From: Candidatus Woesearchaeota archaeon
GTDB lineage: Archaea > Nanobdellota > Nanobdellia > Woesearchaeales > UBA583
DNA length: 64,000 nucleotides
NCBI GenBank assembly: GCA_023898345.1
Contig: CP060218.1
Coordinates: 1,087,926 to 1,151,925, forward strand
Reading direction: 5' to 3'
Shown here: positions 45,902-54,763 of the stretch, in pieces
Layout of the letters: every line of letters starts with the position of its first letter
How positions within the stretch are numbered: the stretch's first letter is position 1
The notes under the pieces: generated by a model
What the model was told of the DNA's origin: nothing
What the model saw: the letters and a program-made list of their open reading frames with translations, nothing else
The model's database searches: none
Program-made: the position numbers and the translations under genes

Positions 45902-46086
45902 GTAAAGAAATCGCTAAAATGTGCCTATCCCAATCGGAGTAGAGCTCCGGAGCATTACGACAATTTTCAGGACACGAGTTCTAACTTCCAACTTGTGGTG
46001 GTCGTAGCAAAGCTGCGGAGTATAATACCCAGCTAAGGAATCAAAAATTTGTTTGCTGGAATTATTTTTGATGTGCTGTATATCAA
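45902..46086 (+). repeat. REP-A long form plus 3' module
   Basis: gtaaagaaatcgctaaaatgtgcctatcccaatcggagtagagctccggagcattacgacaattttcaggacacgagttctaacttccaacttgtggtggtcgtagcaaagctgcggagtataatacccagctaaggaatcaaaaatttgtttgctggaattatttttgatgtgctgtatatc. Confidence 0.85.
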
Positions 46087-46180
46087 GAAAACACTACCTG
46101 TCCCTCCCTCTGTTAACATCTCTTTGACAATGAAGAGAAACCTATTCTCTGAAGAAAAAAATATATTCTTCTTTTCACTA

Positions 46181-49100
46181 CTAAAACTCATTGACATTGC
46201 GTCGCTTGTACAGATAAACTACGATAAGTCCAATGCCTACTACAACCAAAATTAAAAAGAGAACTGTCCATGTCGCTGGAGTAAATATCTGCCCAAAATA
46301 CTTTTGTTTCTCTCTTTCATCAGTTTCTGCTTGTTCTTCTGCTGCAACTTGCGCTGCGGCAAGTTCTTGCACCTCACTCACAACAACACTGTCGACAGGA
46401 CGCAAAGAGTAGTAATAGTTCCCATCACTCTCTTCCACAAACTCAGACAAATATTCCTTGCCACTAAGCTCATCATAAACAACAAAACTTTCATCACTGA
46501 GTTTTTCATCAACATAATACAACTCAGTATACGTTCCTGAAAGCTGAGTCTGATATCGCTTGCTACTGACAATTTGCAAGTCTAATTTTTTTGCATTTAA
46601 TTTACGATTACTGTCCTCATCGCCAGAAACAGTACACGCCCGAGTTTGAGTTTCAACATCAACACAAGCAGCACTGTCAGTGACAAGGCGACTTTGTTCT
46701 CCATTTACACAAACACTCCACTGACCATACTCAAAAGAAGAAACACAACTCTCAGTTCCAGTTTCATTACCCAAAATCTCAGCAAGTTCTACAAGGTCAG
46801 AACTCTTCTTCTTCTTGGAGTTACTACTACCTCCACCGCCGCCGCCAGAAGAACTACTACTACCACCAGAAGTACTGGAAGAACTCACCTCAACAATCGT
46901 GTACTCACTCCAGCTTGTAACCGTAAAGCTAAGACTCGTCCCATTTGCAACAATCTCACTACAAACAGACGAAGGACAATCAACACCGTCGCGCTGCACT
47001 TTGTACTTACTGTAACTAATATTATGCAAAGTGAGACGAGCAGAAACATTAAACTCAGGAAGAAGGAAAGAGTCAAGACTAGCATGACCAGCACCAACAG
47101 AAATTTTGTCTCGAAGATCAAGTGTTCTCTCAATCTTCAAAGGAGAAAGAAAAGCAATCTCACCATATTGGTTTGAAAAGATTGCATCGCCCACAGAAAG
47201 AAGTTCACTAGAGTTCAAAGCACTAAAGTTTGTCGTACGACTCATGTTCCAAGTGCTAGCATTAAAAATAACTTCAACAGTGCCAGGCTCATCAAAAGAG
47301 TCAGTTGTAAACACAAGATCATAACCGGAACCCAAACTATTTCCAGCAAGATCAGTTCCTAAGGCGGACAAATGGAAATGGTACGTAGTCTCGTACTCAA
47401 GATCGACAGCAGGAGAAAGTTTCAAACTTCGCGATGCGTTGTCGTAGCTCGAACTAAAAGCAACACCCTCATCATTTGTCACAGATAAAGTTCCAACAGA
47501 CATTGCCTCACTAAAGGTAAAGTAGATGTCTGAACTAATCGAAACGTTGCTTGAACCGTTGAGAGGAGAAGTACTAATGAGCTGAGGAGAAACAGTATCA
47601 ACATATGCTGTACGAAAACTTCCGACGACAAAACCTTTGTTCCCGGACTGGTCAAGAGAACTAAGTTTGTAGTAATAGAGAGTATCTGAATCGAGAGCTG
47701 TTACACTGACGCTGTGCGAATCACTAAGACTACTTGAAAGACTCGTATTTTTTCCATACGAACTACTTAAACCATATTCAAGATAACTTTGAGAAGGTTC
47801 ATCTGTCCACCAACTCACAGTTGCATTTGTACTGCCAACTGCCACTTGGACGTCATACAGAACTGGTGCGGTAACGTCAGAACTGGTAACTACAAGTTCA
47901 CTTGGGGAATCAGTTCCGGAACTGATACTGCTACTCACATTCTCAGAGAGAACGGCGACAAAATAATACTCGGGATTACCTGCTGTACAAATTCCAAAGA
48001 GATTACCGTCGCATTCCCATTCTGAAATCCAAGAAGCAAGTGCTTGATTGCCCGAGAATTGCGTACTCAGTGTCATAACAGTTGTATCAAGTAGGTCATC
48101 TTCGTAAATCGTAATGGTAAGGGATTTTCCGTCACAGTTCGTTCCGCTGACAATTGCTTCAACTTCTTCTCCATCTTGAGCAAGAAGGGAAGACCAAGAG
48201 GCAGAACTTAAATGACAGGAGGGAACGCTTCCAACGGAAAAGGAGATTTGGTAGTCATCGGGATTGCGATTACCAGAACTGTCGGAACACTTCACATAGT
48301 ACGAGTAACTTTGGCCGTCACTGAGGCCGGAAACCAAGGTGCTGTGTGAGAAAGCGCCTGTGCTAGAAAAGGGAATCATTGTGCTATAACTTGTTCCGGA
48401 AACGGGGGAATACCGACAGGTAGCAGCTTCATTGCTTGTCACTTGTAATGTGATTTGACTTGTTCCTGCTGCAAGTTGCCCGCTTGGAGAGCCGCCACTT
48501 AGGAGGGCTGGACTCACATCAGGAGTTAAAATGTCGAGGTAAAAAGACATGGGGCCTTGGTTTCCTGCAGCATCGTATGCTTGAACGGAGTAGCTGTAAA
48601 AGGATTGTTCGGTGACGGTGGAATCCACATACACGGGGTTAGTGCTTATGCCAATTTGGCTAGTCGGTGTACATTCTTGACCGCTGCAACGGTAAATGCG
48701 ATAAGAGCTTACTCCGACGTTGTCGCTGGCAGCGGACCAGGACAGAGTAACTGAACTTCCAGTAAGGGAGGTGTTCGTAAGCCCCATAACTTGGGACGGA
48801 GGGGTTGTGTCAACTTCTGTCTGGGAAGCTTCTGTCGTAATCCCCACAATAGAAGAATACGAGCCATTATTGCCACTAGCATCAATTGCGCGAACACGAT
48901 ACCTGTAACTGATGCTTGCCGCCACAGTAGTGTCTTCAAATGAAAGGCTGCCTGTATTTCCTATTAACACAAAATTAGAACAACCACTACCAGTACAACG
49001 TTCAATTTCATAGTTCACAACTCCAACATTATCACTAGCTGCCAACCATGTCAAACCGACATTACTAGAAGTCACTTCACTTGCAACTAAACCACTTACT

Positions 49101-51454
49101 TGAGAAGGGGCCTGTGTGTCTTCACTGTTATTACTTTGACTTTCATTATCATCACTAACCACTACAATTTCAGCAAGCCATAAAACACTTGCATACTTTA
49201 CATTTCCTTCTCCTGCAGCCTGATACAAACGCAAGATCTTTGTCGATGGCATGGCACTTACATTAATTATGCTGCTTGGAACATCATTCGAACCCCCAAT
49301 AGTTGTAAACGTTTGAAACGCACTGCCATCAAAATATTGAATCTGCAATGTCTCAGGCTGCATGTAATAATTTCCATTATTATCACCCCAGTATATAGTA
49401 AGACTACTAAGATTCATACTTGTATTAAACTCAAGTTCAACCCAATTTGGGTTACTAATGTTCTGTGCAGAAGCCCATTCTGTTTGAATATCTCCATCAA
49501 TAAGATGAGACAAATCATAGGCATTATCATTGTAGGTACTGTCAACACGAACAGTAAGTGAAATATTGTTATCCACCACACTAATATTCTCCTCTCCTCC
49601 ACTTTGTTCAGCTAGGGTAGAAACTGAAAGGGTAGTAGAATTTGCAGTATTGCTTGCTCCGTCGTAAGCCTGAACATAATAACTGTAAGTAGTATTGGCA
49701 TTCAAACCTGTGCCATTATAGTTTGTCCCCGTGATAGTTCCGACTAAGCTTCCATCACGAAATACCCTATAACCAATAACTCCAACATTATCAGTTGAAG
49801 CAGACCATGAAAGAGAAATAGAATCCACTGTTTGAGAAGGACTATTCAGATTAGCTGGAGCCGTTGGAGATTCGGAATCATTAGAAACGCCTCCCCCACT
49901 AGAGTTCAAATTTATCTCAGCTCCTTTCTTCCCATAGTATTGAGTATACGTTCCAGCCAATCTACCTTGACTGTCCACTGCTTGAGTACTACTTAATAAA
50001 AGAAGGTTAGGTTCATGAATTGAAGTAGAGATATCCTCATCCCAACTATTAAGGCTTTGCGTATTATATGCTGTTATAACATTACCATCAGTCATATAAT
50101 CTTCATTGCCTCTAAAACGCAGAATGGTCGCACCACCTCCTGCAAATGTATTTCTATAAAAATAATTATTTGTAGTCGTTCCTACATTTTCCATAGAAGC
50201 AAGAAAAATCCCCGCGGTATCATCAGTCTTTATAGTATTGTAAGAAACTTCATTGTAGCCAGAATAATCAGCAATCGTATTTCCAATAGCAATCTGATAT
50301 CCTATAGTATTACTAAAAAAATTATCCCTGATGGTCACATATCTTCCCGTATATTTCATCCATAATCCATACCCGGTCTCACTATTCTCTCCTCTGTTTC
50401 CCTCAACTATTACATAATCGGTATCATAGAGATCTACATAATGTCCATTCCCTCCGTTCCTGTTACTAATATTTGTCAAAAGATTATCACTGTATAATAT
50501 ATTCTGCTTGTAAGCAGTAGTCTTACTTAAAAAAACGGTTCCTGTATTGTCGTTACCCGCAGTACCTGGACCCAGATTTGTAAAATGATTTCTCCACCAT
50601 GAAGCTCTATTGGAAACACCTGTCACCCAAAAATAATGTGCATTCGCCACATCCTGTCTTCCATTAGTAAACGTTAGATCAGCAACAAATATGTCATCCA
50701 TATTGCTTTGAACCATAATTTTCGCCTTCGAAGCATCTATGACTGCAGTTTCCCCCGGATAACCAATCAAAGTTCTTGTTTTAGAATCTTCTTCTAGACG
50801 AACGTTATAATTATTAGCTGAACTTCCTATTAATTCATACTCTCCACCTCTAAACACAATGATCTTATCATGATAAGTATTATCAGAAGCATCTCCTTTG
50901 TACCAATCTGAAATATCTTCTAGTGGCTGAGTAATTGTCCCCACCTTTGTTCCTGAATAACCGTCCTCAATAAAAACAAATTTAGAAGCATCAACCGTTA
51001 CAGACCAATTAACGTCAATTATATTATATTCTTGATCTGTAACTCGTACTACAAAAGTGTAGGTTCCAGAACTAGGAGGGTTCCAGCTGACTACCCCATA
51101 TTCCTCAGTTCTTGGAATTGTTCCAATTGAAGCACCACTTGGGCCAGAGAGAATCTCATAACTAAAAGGCCAAGACCCTCCTTGAATACCTATTGGAATT
51201 TCATAGGGCATATCAGGATGGGCAAATTTATGCCTTGCATGAATAGAAGTTTCATCATCCGGTCTTGGATACACAACATGCATTGGTATCTTTGCAGGAA
51301 TAAACTCTCCCGAACTTAATTTCCACAAACTTTCGTCAACAGCAGCAAAAGAAGTGCTGCTCAAAAAAGCTATGAATAGCAACAACCAAGAACATAGATG
51401 TAACAATTTTTTTCTTGACTTTAAGGAATTTCCTAGTGTGAAATTATACCCCAT
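46181..51454 (-). CDS. Giant cell-surface protein (about 1757 aa): signal peptide, parallel beta-helix, FN3 domains, discoidin (F5/8 type C)-like domain, Ig-like domains, Gly/Ser linker and C-terminal TM anchor
   Basis: Signal LLHLCSWLLLFIAFLSSTSFA. Beta-helix repeats (NNYFYRNTFAGGGATILRF). FN3-like SPSQTVDSISLSWSASTDNVGVIGYRVFRDG and TWLAASDNVGVVNYEIERC...YRYRVRAIDASGN. GS linker SSSSTSGGSSSSSGGGGGGSSNSKKKK. Anchor VLFLILVVVGIGLIVVYLYKRRN. Start taken at ATG 51454 (MGYNF...). Confidence 0.8.
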   Translation of the reverse strand: MGYNFTLGNSLKSRKKLLHLCSWLLLFIAFLSSTSFAAVDESLWKLSSGEFIPAKIPMHVVYPRPDDETSIHARHKFAHPDMPYEIPIGIQGGSWPFSYEILSGPSGASIGTIPRTEEYGVVSWNPPSSGTYTFVVRVTDQEYNIIDVNWSVTVDASKFVFIEDGYSGTKVGTITQPLEDISDWYKGDASDNTYHDKIIVFRGGEYELIGSSANNYNVRLEEDSKTRTLIGYPGETAVIDASKAKIMVQSNMDDIFVADLTFTNGRQDVANAHYFWVTGVSNRASWWRNHFTNLGPGTAGNDNTGTVFLSKTTAYKQNILYSDNLLTNISNRNGGNGHYVDLYDTDYVIVEGNRGENSETGYGLWMKYTGRYVTIRDNFFSNTIGYQIAIGNTIADYSGYNEVSYNTIKTDDTAGIFLASMENVGTTTNNYFYRNTFAGGGATILRFRGNEDYMTDGNVITAYNTQSLNSWDEDISTSIHEPNLLLLSSTQAVDSQGRLAGTYTQYYGKKGAEINLNSSGGGVSNDSESPTAPANLNSPSQTVDSISLSWSASTDNVGVIGYRVFRDGSLVGTITGTNYNGTGLNANTTYSYYVQAYDGASNTANSTTLSVSTLAEQSGGEENISVVDNNISLTVRVDSTYNDNAYDLSHLIDGDIQTEWASAQNISNPNWVELEFNTSMNLSSLTIYWGDNNGNYYMQPETLQIQYFDGSAFQTFTTIGGSNDVPSSIINVSAMPSTKILRLYQAAGEGNVKYASVLWLAEIVVVSDDNESQSNNSEDTQAPSQVSGLVASEVTSSNVGLTWLAASDNVGVVNYEIERCTGSGCSNFVLIGNTGSLSFEDTTVAASISYRYRVRAIDASGNNGSYSSIVGITTEASQTEVDTTPPSQVMGLTNTSLTGSSVTLSWSAASDNVGVSSYRIYRCSGQECTPTSQIGISTNPVYVDSTVTEQSFYSYSVQAYDAAGNQGPMSFYLDILTPDVSPALLSGGSPSGQLAAGTSQITLQVTSNEAATCRYSPVSGTSYSTMIPFSSTGAFSHSTLVSGLSDGQSYSYYVKCSDSSGNRNPDDYQISFSVGSVPSCHLSSASWSSLLAQDGEEVEAIVSGTNCDGKSLTITIYEDDLLDTTVMTLSTQFSGNQALASWISEWECDGNLFGICTAGNPEYYFVAVLSENVSSSISSGTDSPSELVVTSSDVTAPVLYDVQVAVGSTNATVSWWTDEPSQSYLEYGLSSSYGKNTSLSSSLSDSHSVSVTALDSDTLYYYKLSSLDQSGNKGFVVGSFRTAYVDTVSPQLISTSPLNGSSNVSISSDIYFTFSEAMSVGTLSVTNDEGVAFSSSYDNASRSLKLSPAVDLEYETTYHFHLSALGTDLAGNSLGSGYDLVFTTDSFDEPGTVEVIFNASTWNMSRTTNFSALNSSELLSVGDAIFSNQYGEIAFLSPLKIERTLDLRDKISVGAGHASLDSFLLPEFNVSARLTLHNISYSKYKVQRDGVDCPSSVCSEIVANGTSLSFTVTSWSEYTIVEVSSSSTSGGSSSSSGGGGGGSSNSKKKKSSDLVELAEILGNETGTESCVSSFEYGQWSVCVNGEQSRLVTDSAACVDVETQTRACTVSGDEDSNRKLNAKKLDLQIVSSKRYQTQLSGTYTELYYVDEKLSDESFVVYDELSGKEYLSEFVEESDGNYYYSLRPVDSVVVSEVQELAAAQVAAEEQAETDEREKQKYFGQIFTPATWTVLFLILVVVGIGLIVVYLYKRRNVNEF

Positions 51455-51547
51455 GGGTTTTTTATTAAAAAGCACTATATAAATTCTTTTCACTCGAAAA
51501 TTGACCAATTTGGTGAAACCTAGCACTCGATTGCACAAAACAAAGAG

Positions 51548-51574
51548 TCAGAATTATTTTTGATGTGCGGTATA
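51548..51574 (+). repeat. Isolated REP-A 3' module (cagaattatttttgatgtgcggtataa) upstream of the 51615 gene
   Basis: Matches the 3' extension seen at 9590..9615 and 46058..46086. A TATA-like acatatatataaag follows at 51581..51594. Confidence 0.6.
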
Positions 51575-51614
51575 ACAGCGACATATATATAAAGCGTTGA
51601 GTTTCTTTTTTTCT

Positions 51615-52160
51615 ATGGAGTTCCCAAAGGGATATGGTTCTTTAAAGCTTGACCTTCGCTATAATGGTTTTTTGGATAAAGCGTTGAGCTCTTATGAACA
51701 AAATATTGCACTGGGACTTTTGGGAATTGGAGTGCTTCTTGGCTTTATTATTCTCCTTCAATTTTTTTCTCTTTTCTCTCTCTTTAAATTTGTAAAACTT
51801 ATTGAGCTCCTTCTTGCAAGTTTGATTCCTGCTGGAATTGTGTATCTTCTTTTCTTTAAACCAACAGAGTATAAAATTCTTTTTTTTGAGAATGGTTTGT
51901 ATTATGAAGACTTAGCTCTTACAACTACTTTGCAAACAATTGGCTGGAAAATGTACTTTGCCACATATGCTGAAATTAGTTATGCGAATGTCAAAGAGAA
52001 GGAGATTGTTCTCAATTTTAGCAACTCCTTTACTGGGCGCTATGAACAAGAGTATCAGGTTCAGGAATACTTTCATGCAATGAGAAATTTAAGCCTTGCA
52101 GAAAAACAAACCATTCTTGCTTTCTTACGGCAGAAACATGTTCAAATAAATGAACTTTAG
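51615..52160 (+). CDS. Membrane hypothetical protein
   Basis: ORF with 3 predicted TM segments. Start taken at the first ATG (MEFPKGYG); the ORF-track start at 51597 is a TTG. Confidence 0.45.
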   Translation: MEFPKGYGSLKLDLRYNGFLDKALSSYEQNIALGLLGIGVLLGFIILLQFFSLFSLFKFVKLIELLLASLIPAGIVYLLFFKPTEYKILFFENGLYYEDLALTTTLQTIGWKMYFATYAEISYANVKEKEIVLNFSNSFTGRYEQEYQVQEYFHAMRNLSLAEKQTILAFLRQKHVQINEL

Positions 52161-52230
52161 ATTTGTTGCTGGTCTCTGTCTTAGAGAAGATGTTCGCTTT
52201 GCATTTTACTGAGAATTTTGAAAAACCTCT

Positions 52231-52821
52231 CTACTTTTTATTTCTTCCTCTTTTTTCAATATTCTCTAGTCGCTTTACAACAGCTTCTCCAAAGCTAAGA
52301 AGTTTATATTTTTCAAGAAGATTCTTCTTGAGGGAGAATAATTGTGGATGTTCGTTTTTTATACAGGTAAAAAATAAATGAAGGTCTGATGCTCTATCTT
52401 CAATTTTCTTTGAGAATTTTGAAAGACCAAAATCAATCAGAAATACATCCTTTTCTTTTGTTAGCATGTTTAGTGTCGTTAGGTCACCGTGGACGACTTC
52501 TGCTTCATGCATGTTCATAATTTCTTCAAAGGCTTTGGACAGGAGTGTTTCATCAAGAACTTCCTTGAGCACTTTTGCATTAAGATATTCTATGGTTATA
52601 CTCATTTCTTCTTTTTCTACTTTCATCTCGAGGAGTTTTGGTACGTGAATTTCTTTTTGGTGGAGGTATTCTAAAATTTTTGCTTCTCTTTTTGTACGCT
52701 CTTTTCTTAGGCGCAAATCAATGCTTTCTATGCGATATGTTTTCGCTTCTCGTATCTTGATTAAACTTGTTTTGTCTTTACGATACAAAGAACTTTCTGC
52801 GCCTTCTGAAAAGAGCTCCAT
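52231..52821 (-). CDS. bud32: KEOPS-complex kinase Bud32 (RIO-like atypical Ser/Thr kinase)
   Basis: 196 aa; GAESSLYRKD...KIREAKTYRIESIDLRLRKERTKREAKIL...VHGDLTTLNML...VFLIDFGLSKFS matches the compact Bud32 kinase. Confidence 0.85.
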   Translation of the reverse strand: MELFSEGAESSLYRKDKTSLIKIREAKTYRIESIDLRLRKERTKREAKILEYLHQKEIHVPKLLEMKVEKEEMSITIEYLNAKVLKEVLDETLLSKAFEEIMNMHEAEVVHGDLTTLNMLTKEKDVFLIDFGLSKFSKKIEDRASDLHLFFTCIKNEHPQLFSLKKNLLEKYKLLSFGEAVVKRLENIEKRGRNKK

Positions 52822-52854
52822 ACATTTATAAATGCCTTCTTTCTTTTAAAAATT

Positions 52855-53106
52855 ATGGGAGACAAGAAAATTTTTGAGCGTTTTGAGGCAGAACTTGTTC
52901 ATCAGGCAAAAGGGTATGTGCGTGATAGAGTAACAAAAAAGTTAATTCAAATTGGCGAAGTTTCTCTCGCTTTTTTTATGGCATTTCTTCTCTTGGTTCT
53001 TGGACTTGCTCAAATACTTGGGACGTATGTCTCTTTTTTGAGTGGTGGCTGGAACTACCTTCTTTTAGGTGCTTGTTTTCTTCTTGTCGGTTTGGTTTTG
53101 AAGTAA
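52855..53106 (+). CDS. Small membrane hypothetical protein (2 TM)
   Basis: 83-aa ORF with hydrophobic segments VSLAFFMAFLLLVLGLAQIL and LLLGACFLLVGLVL. Confidence 0.35.
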   Translation: MGDKKIFERFEAELVHQAKGYVRDRVTKKLIQIGEVSLAFFMAFLLLVLGLAQILGTYVSFLSGGWNYLLLGACFLLVGLVLK

Positions 53107-53141
53107 ACATATAAAAATTAAGAGGGAATTCATAAGTAAAA

Positions 53142-54002
53142 ATGGAAGAAATTATTGAAATGGAAGTTGATTTGGACCATAGGGAACAGCTTCGCAGGCT
53201 CCACACAGCAACACATATTCTTAATCATGTTGCTCACAAGGTCTTAGGAAATCATGTTTGGCAAAACGGCTCTAACCTTAAACCTGAACTTGGCTCTTTG
53301 GACCTTACCCATTATGAGATTCCTAGTAAGGCACAGCTTGATGAAATTGAGAGACAAATTAATGAGGTTATTTTTGCTGATAGGACTGTGAGTGTTGAAG
53401 AAGTCGATAGGGATGAAGCTGAAAAGAAATATGGATTTTCTTTGTACCAAGGTGGTGCTATTCCGATGAAATCTATTCGTGTTGTTCACATTGACGAGAG
53501 TGACATTGAAGCTTGTGGTGGAACGCATATGCAAAGGACGGGAGGCATTGGTTTCTTTACTATTGTGGATGTTCAGAAGATTCAGGATGGAGTTGTTCGT
53601 TTTTTGTACAAGGTCCATTTGCACGCGTTGTCTTATGTGCAAGAAAGAGAAAATCTTCTTTTGGCTGCTTCGGAAAATCTTGGAGTTCCATCTGTACAGT
53701 TGGCGCAGGCTTCAGAGAAATTCTTTAAGGAGTGGAAGGAACAGAGAAAAGAGATTGAACGCTTGCAGGGGAAGGTAAAGGTTTTACTCCTGGAGCAGCT
53801 TTCAGTTTCTAAAAAAAATGAATTGAAACTTGAAGAGACAGATATGGCGTTGTTACAAGAGATTTTTGCGGCAGCCCTTGCAAAGTATTCAAGTTTTAAG
53901 CTTTCTTCTCCTCTTGCAATTTTGGCGACAAAGGATAGGGAAGATATTGGCAAGTACAAGAAAAAAATTGATAGGGGGAGCTTTATGCTTTATCTCCTAT
54001 GA
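53142..54002 (+). CDS. alaX: Alanyl-tRNA editing protein AlaX (AlaRS second additional / editing domain)
   Basis: HxxxH motif RLHTATHILNHVAH and CGGTH motif EACGGTHMQRTGGIG, characteristic of AlaX/AlaRS editing domains. 286 aa. Confidence 0.8.
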   Translation: MEEIIEMEVDLDHREQLRRLHTATHILNHVAHKVLGNHVWQNGSNLKPELGSLDLTHYEIPSKAQLDEIERQINEVIFADRTVSVEEVDRDEAEKKYGFSLYQGGAIPMKSIRVVHIDESDIEACGGTHMQRTGGIGFFTIVDVQKIQDGVVRFLYKVHLHALSYVQERENLLLAASENLGVPSVQLAQASEKFFKEWKEQRKEIERLQGKVKVLLLEQLSVSKKNELKLEETDMALLQEIFAAALAKYSSFKLSSPLAILATKDREDIGKYKKKIDRGSFMLYLL

Positions 54003-54169
54003 AGGTATTAAGTCGAAAAGGAGATCTTGAAATTAGCTATGTTGTTAAATTGCTTTTAGCAATTATTGCACTTATTGTTCTTATCGTTGTTATTACGATT
54101 GTTATTAAAGGAGAATTCGATAATCAAGGTGGCATTATTGAAAACATTTTTTCTTCTATTGGGAAGTAA
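53999..54169 (+). CDS. Candidate 56-aa membrane microprotein overlapping the alaX stop (ATGA)
   Basis: Manual translation MKVLSRKGDLEISYVVKLLLAIIALIVLIVVITIVIKGEFDNQGGIIENIFSSIGK. Below the 60-aa ORF-track cutoff. Coordinates ±1. Confidence 0.4.
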   Translation: MKVLSRKGDLEISYVVKLLLAIIALIVLIVVITIVIKGEFDNQGGIIENIFSSIGK

Positions 54170-54240
54170 TTCCTTAGCTGGGTATTATACCCCGGAGCTC
54201 TGCTCCGATTGGGATAGGCACATTTTAGCGATTTCTTTAC
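54170..54240 (-). repeat. REP-A short form, inverted orientation
   Basis: ttccttagctgggtattataccccggagctctgctccgattgggataggcacattttagcgatttctttac is the reverse complement of the consensus. Confidence 0.85.
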
Positions 54241-54358
54241 TTTTTTTATAGTCGTCCACAAAACCCATTCCTTTTGTCTCCTCTCCACACCTCCTGTTCG
54301 TTTGCTTTATAGTGTTCTCAAAGTTAAAAACTTCTGCGGAGCACTATAGATTTCTCTT

Positions 54359-54739
54359 GTGAGAAAGTTTAAAAGGAAGGAATTTTTTTCACTCTTATTT
54401 ATGTCACTGACAGCTAAAATTTTGTCCTTTCCAGTGAATTGCAGCAGTGTTCCCCCAAGAGATATTGTTGACAGAACTTTGAGAAATAGGACCTTTTACA
54501 AAGCTGAAGAACTTGATGCACCTACTGAGTTTGGAATTACATATGGAGAATGGAAAAAAAGAGTTGCTCTTGCTTACCTTAGTTGGGAATTCGAGATCCC
54601 AAGCGACCTTCTTTTTCTGCTTGCCATGAGAGAAGACTTAGAGAGGGGCTTTCTTACAGAAGTGGAAAGAAGACATGGTCGAAGGCAGAGAAAATTTTAT
54701 GAGGCCATCTTTACAGACATTCATTCTTCAAGATATTGA
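54359..54739 (+). CDS. Hypothetical protein
   Basis: 126-aa ORF flanked on both sides by REP-A copies (54170..54240 inverted, 54745..54763 partial direct). Confidence 0.4.
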   Translation: MRKFKRKEFFSLLFMSLTAKILSFPVNCSSVPPRDIVDRTLRNRTFYKAEELDAPTEFGITYGEWKKRVALAYLSWEFEIPSDLLFLLAMREDLERGFLTEVERRHGRRQRKFYEAIFTDIHSSRY

Positions 54740-54744
54740 CAAAA

Positions 54745-54763
54745 AGTAAAGAAATCGCTAAAA
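54745..54763 (+). repeat. REP-A 5' module fragment (gtaaagaaatcgctaaaag)
   Basis: 19-nt match to the conserved 5' end of the family. Confidence 0.5.

Noticed and set aside
46049-46255. 68-aa ORF
   Set aside because: Its 5' half is REP-A repeat sequence and its 3' half overlaps the end of the giant surface protein gene on the opposite strand.
8282-54763. REP-A copies as a CRISPR array or hammerhead-type ribozyme
   Set aside because: Copies are irregularly spaced over 46 kb, are not identical, sit between ordinary genes, and no cas genes are present. The hammerhead core CUGAUGA...GAAA is absent (only one copy has ctgatgg).
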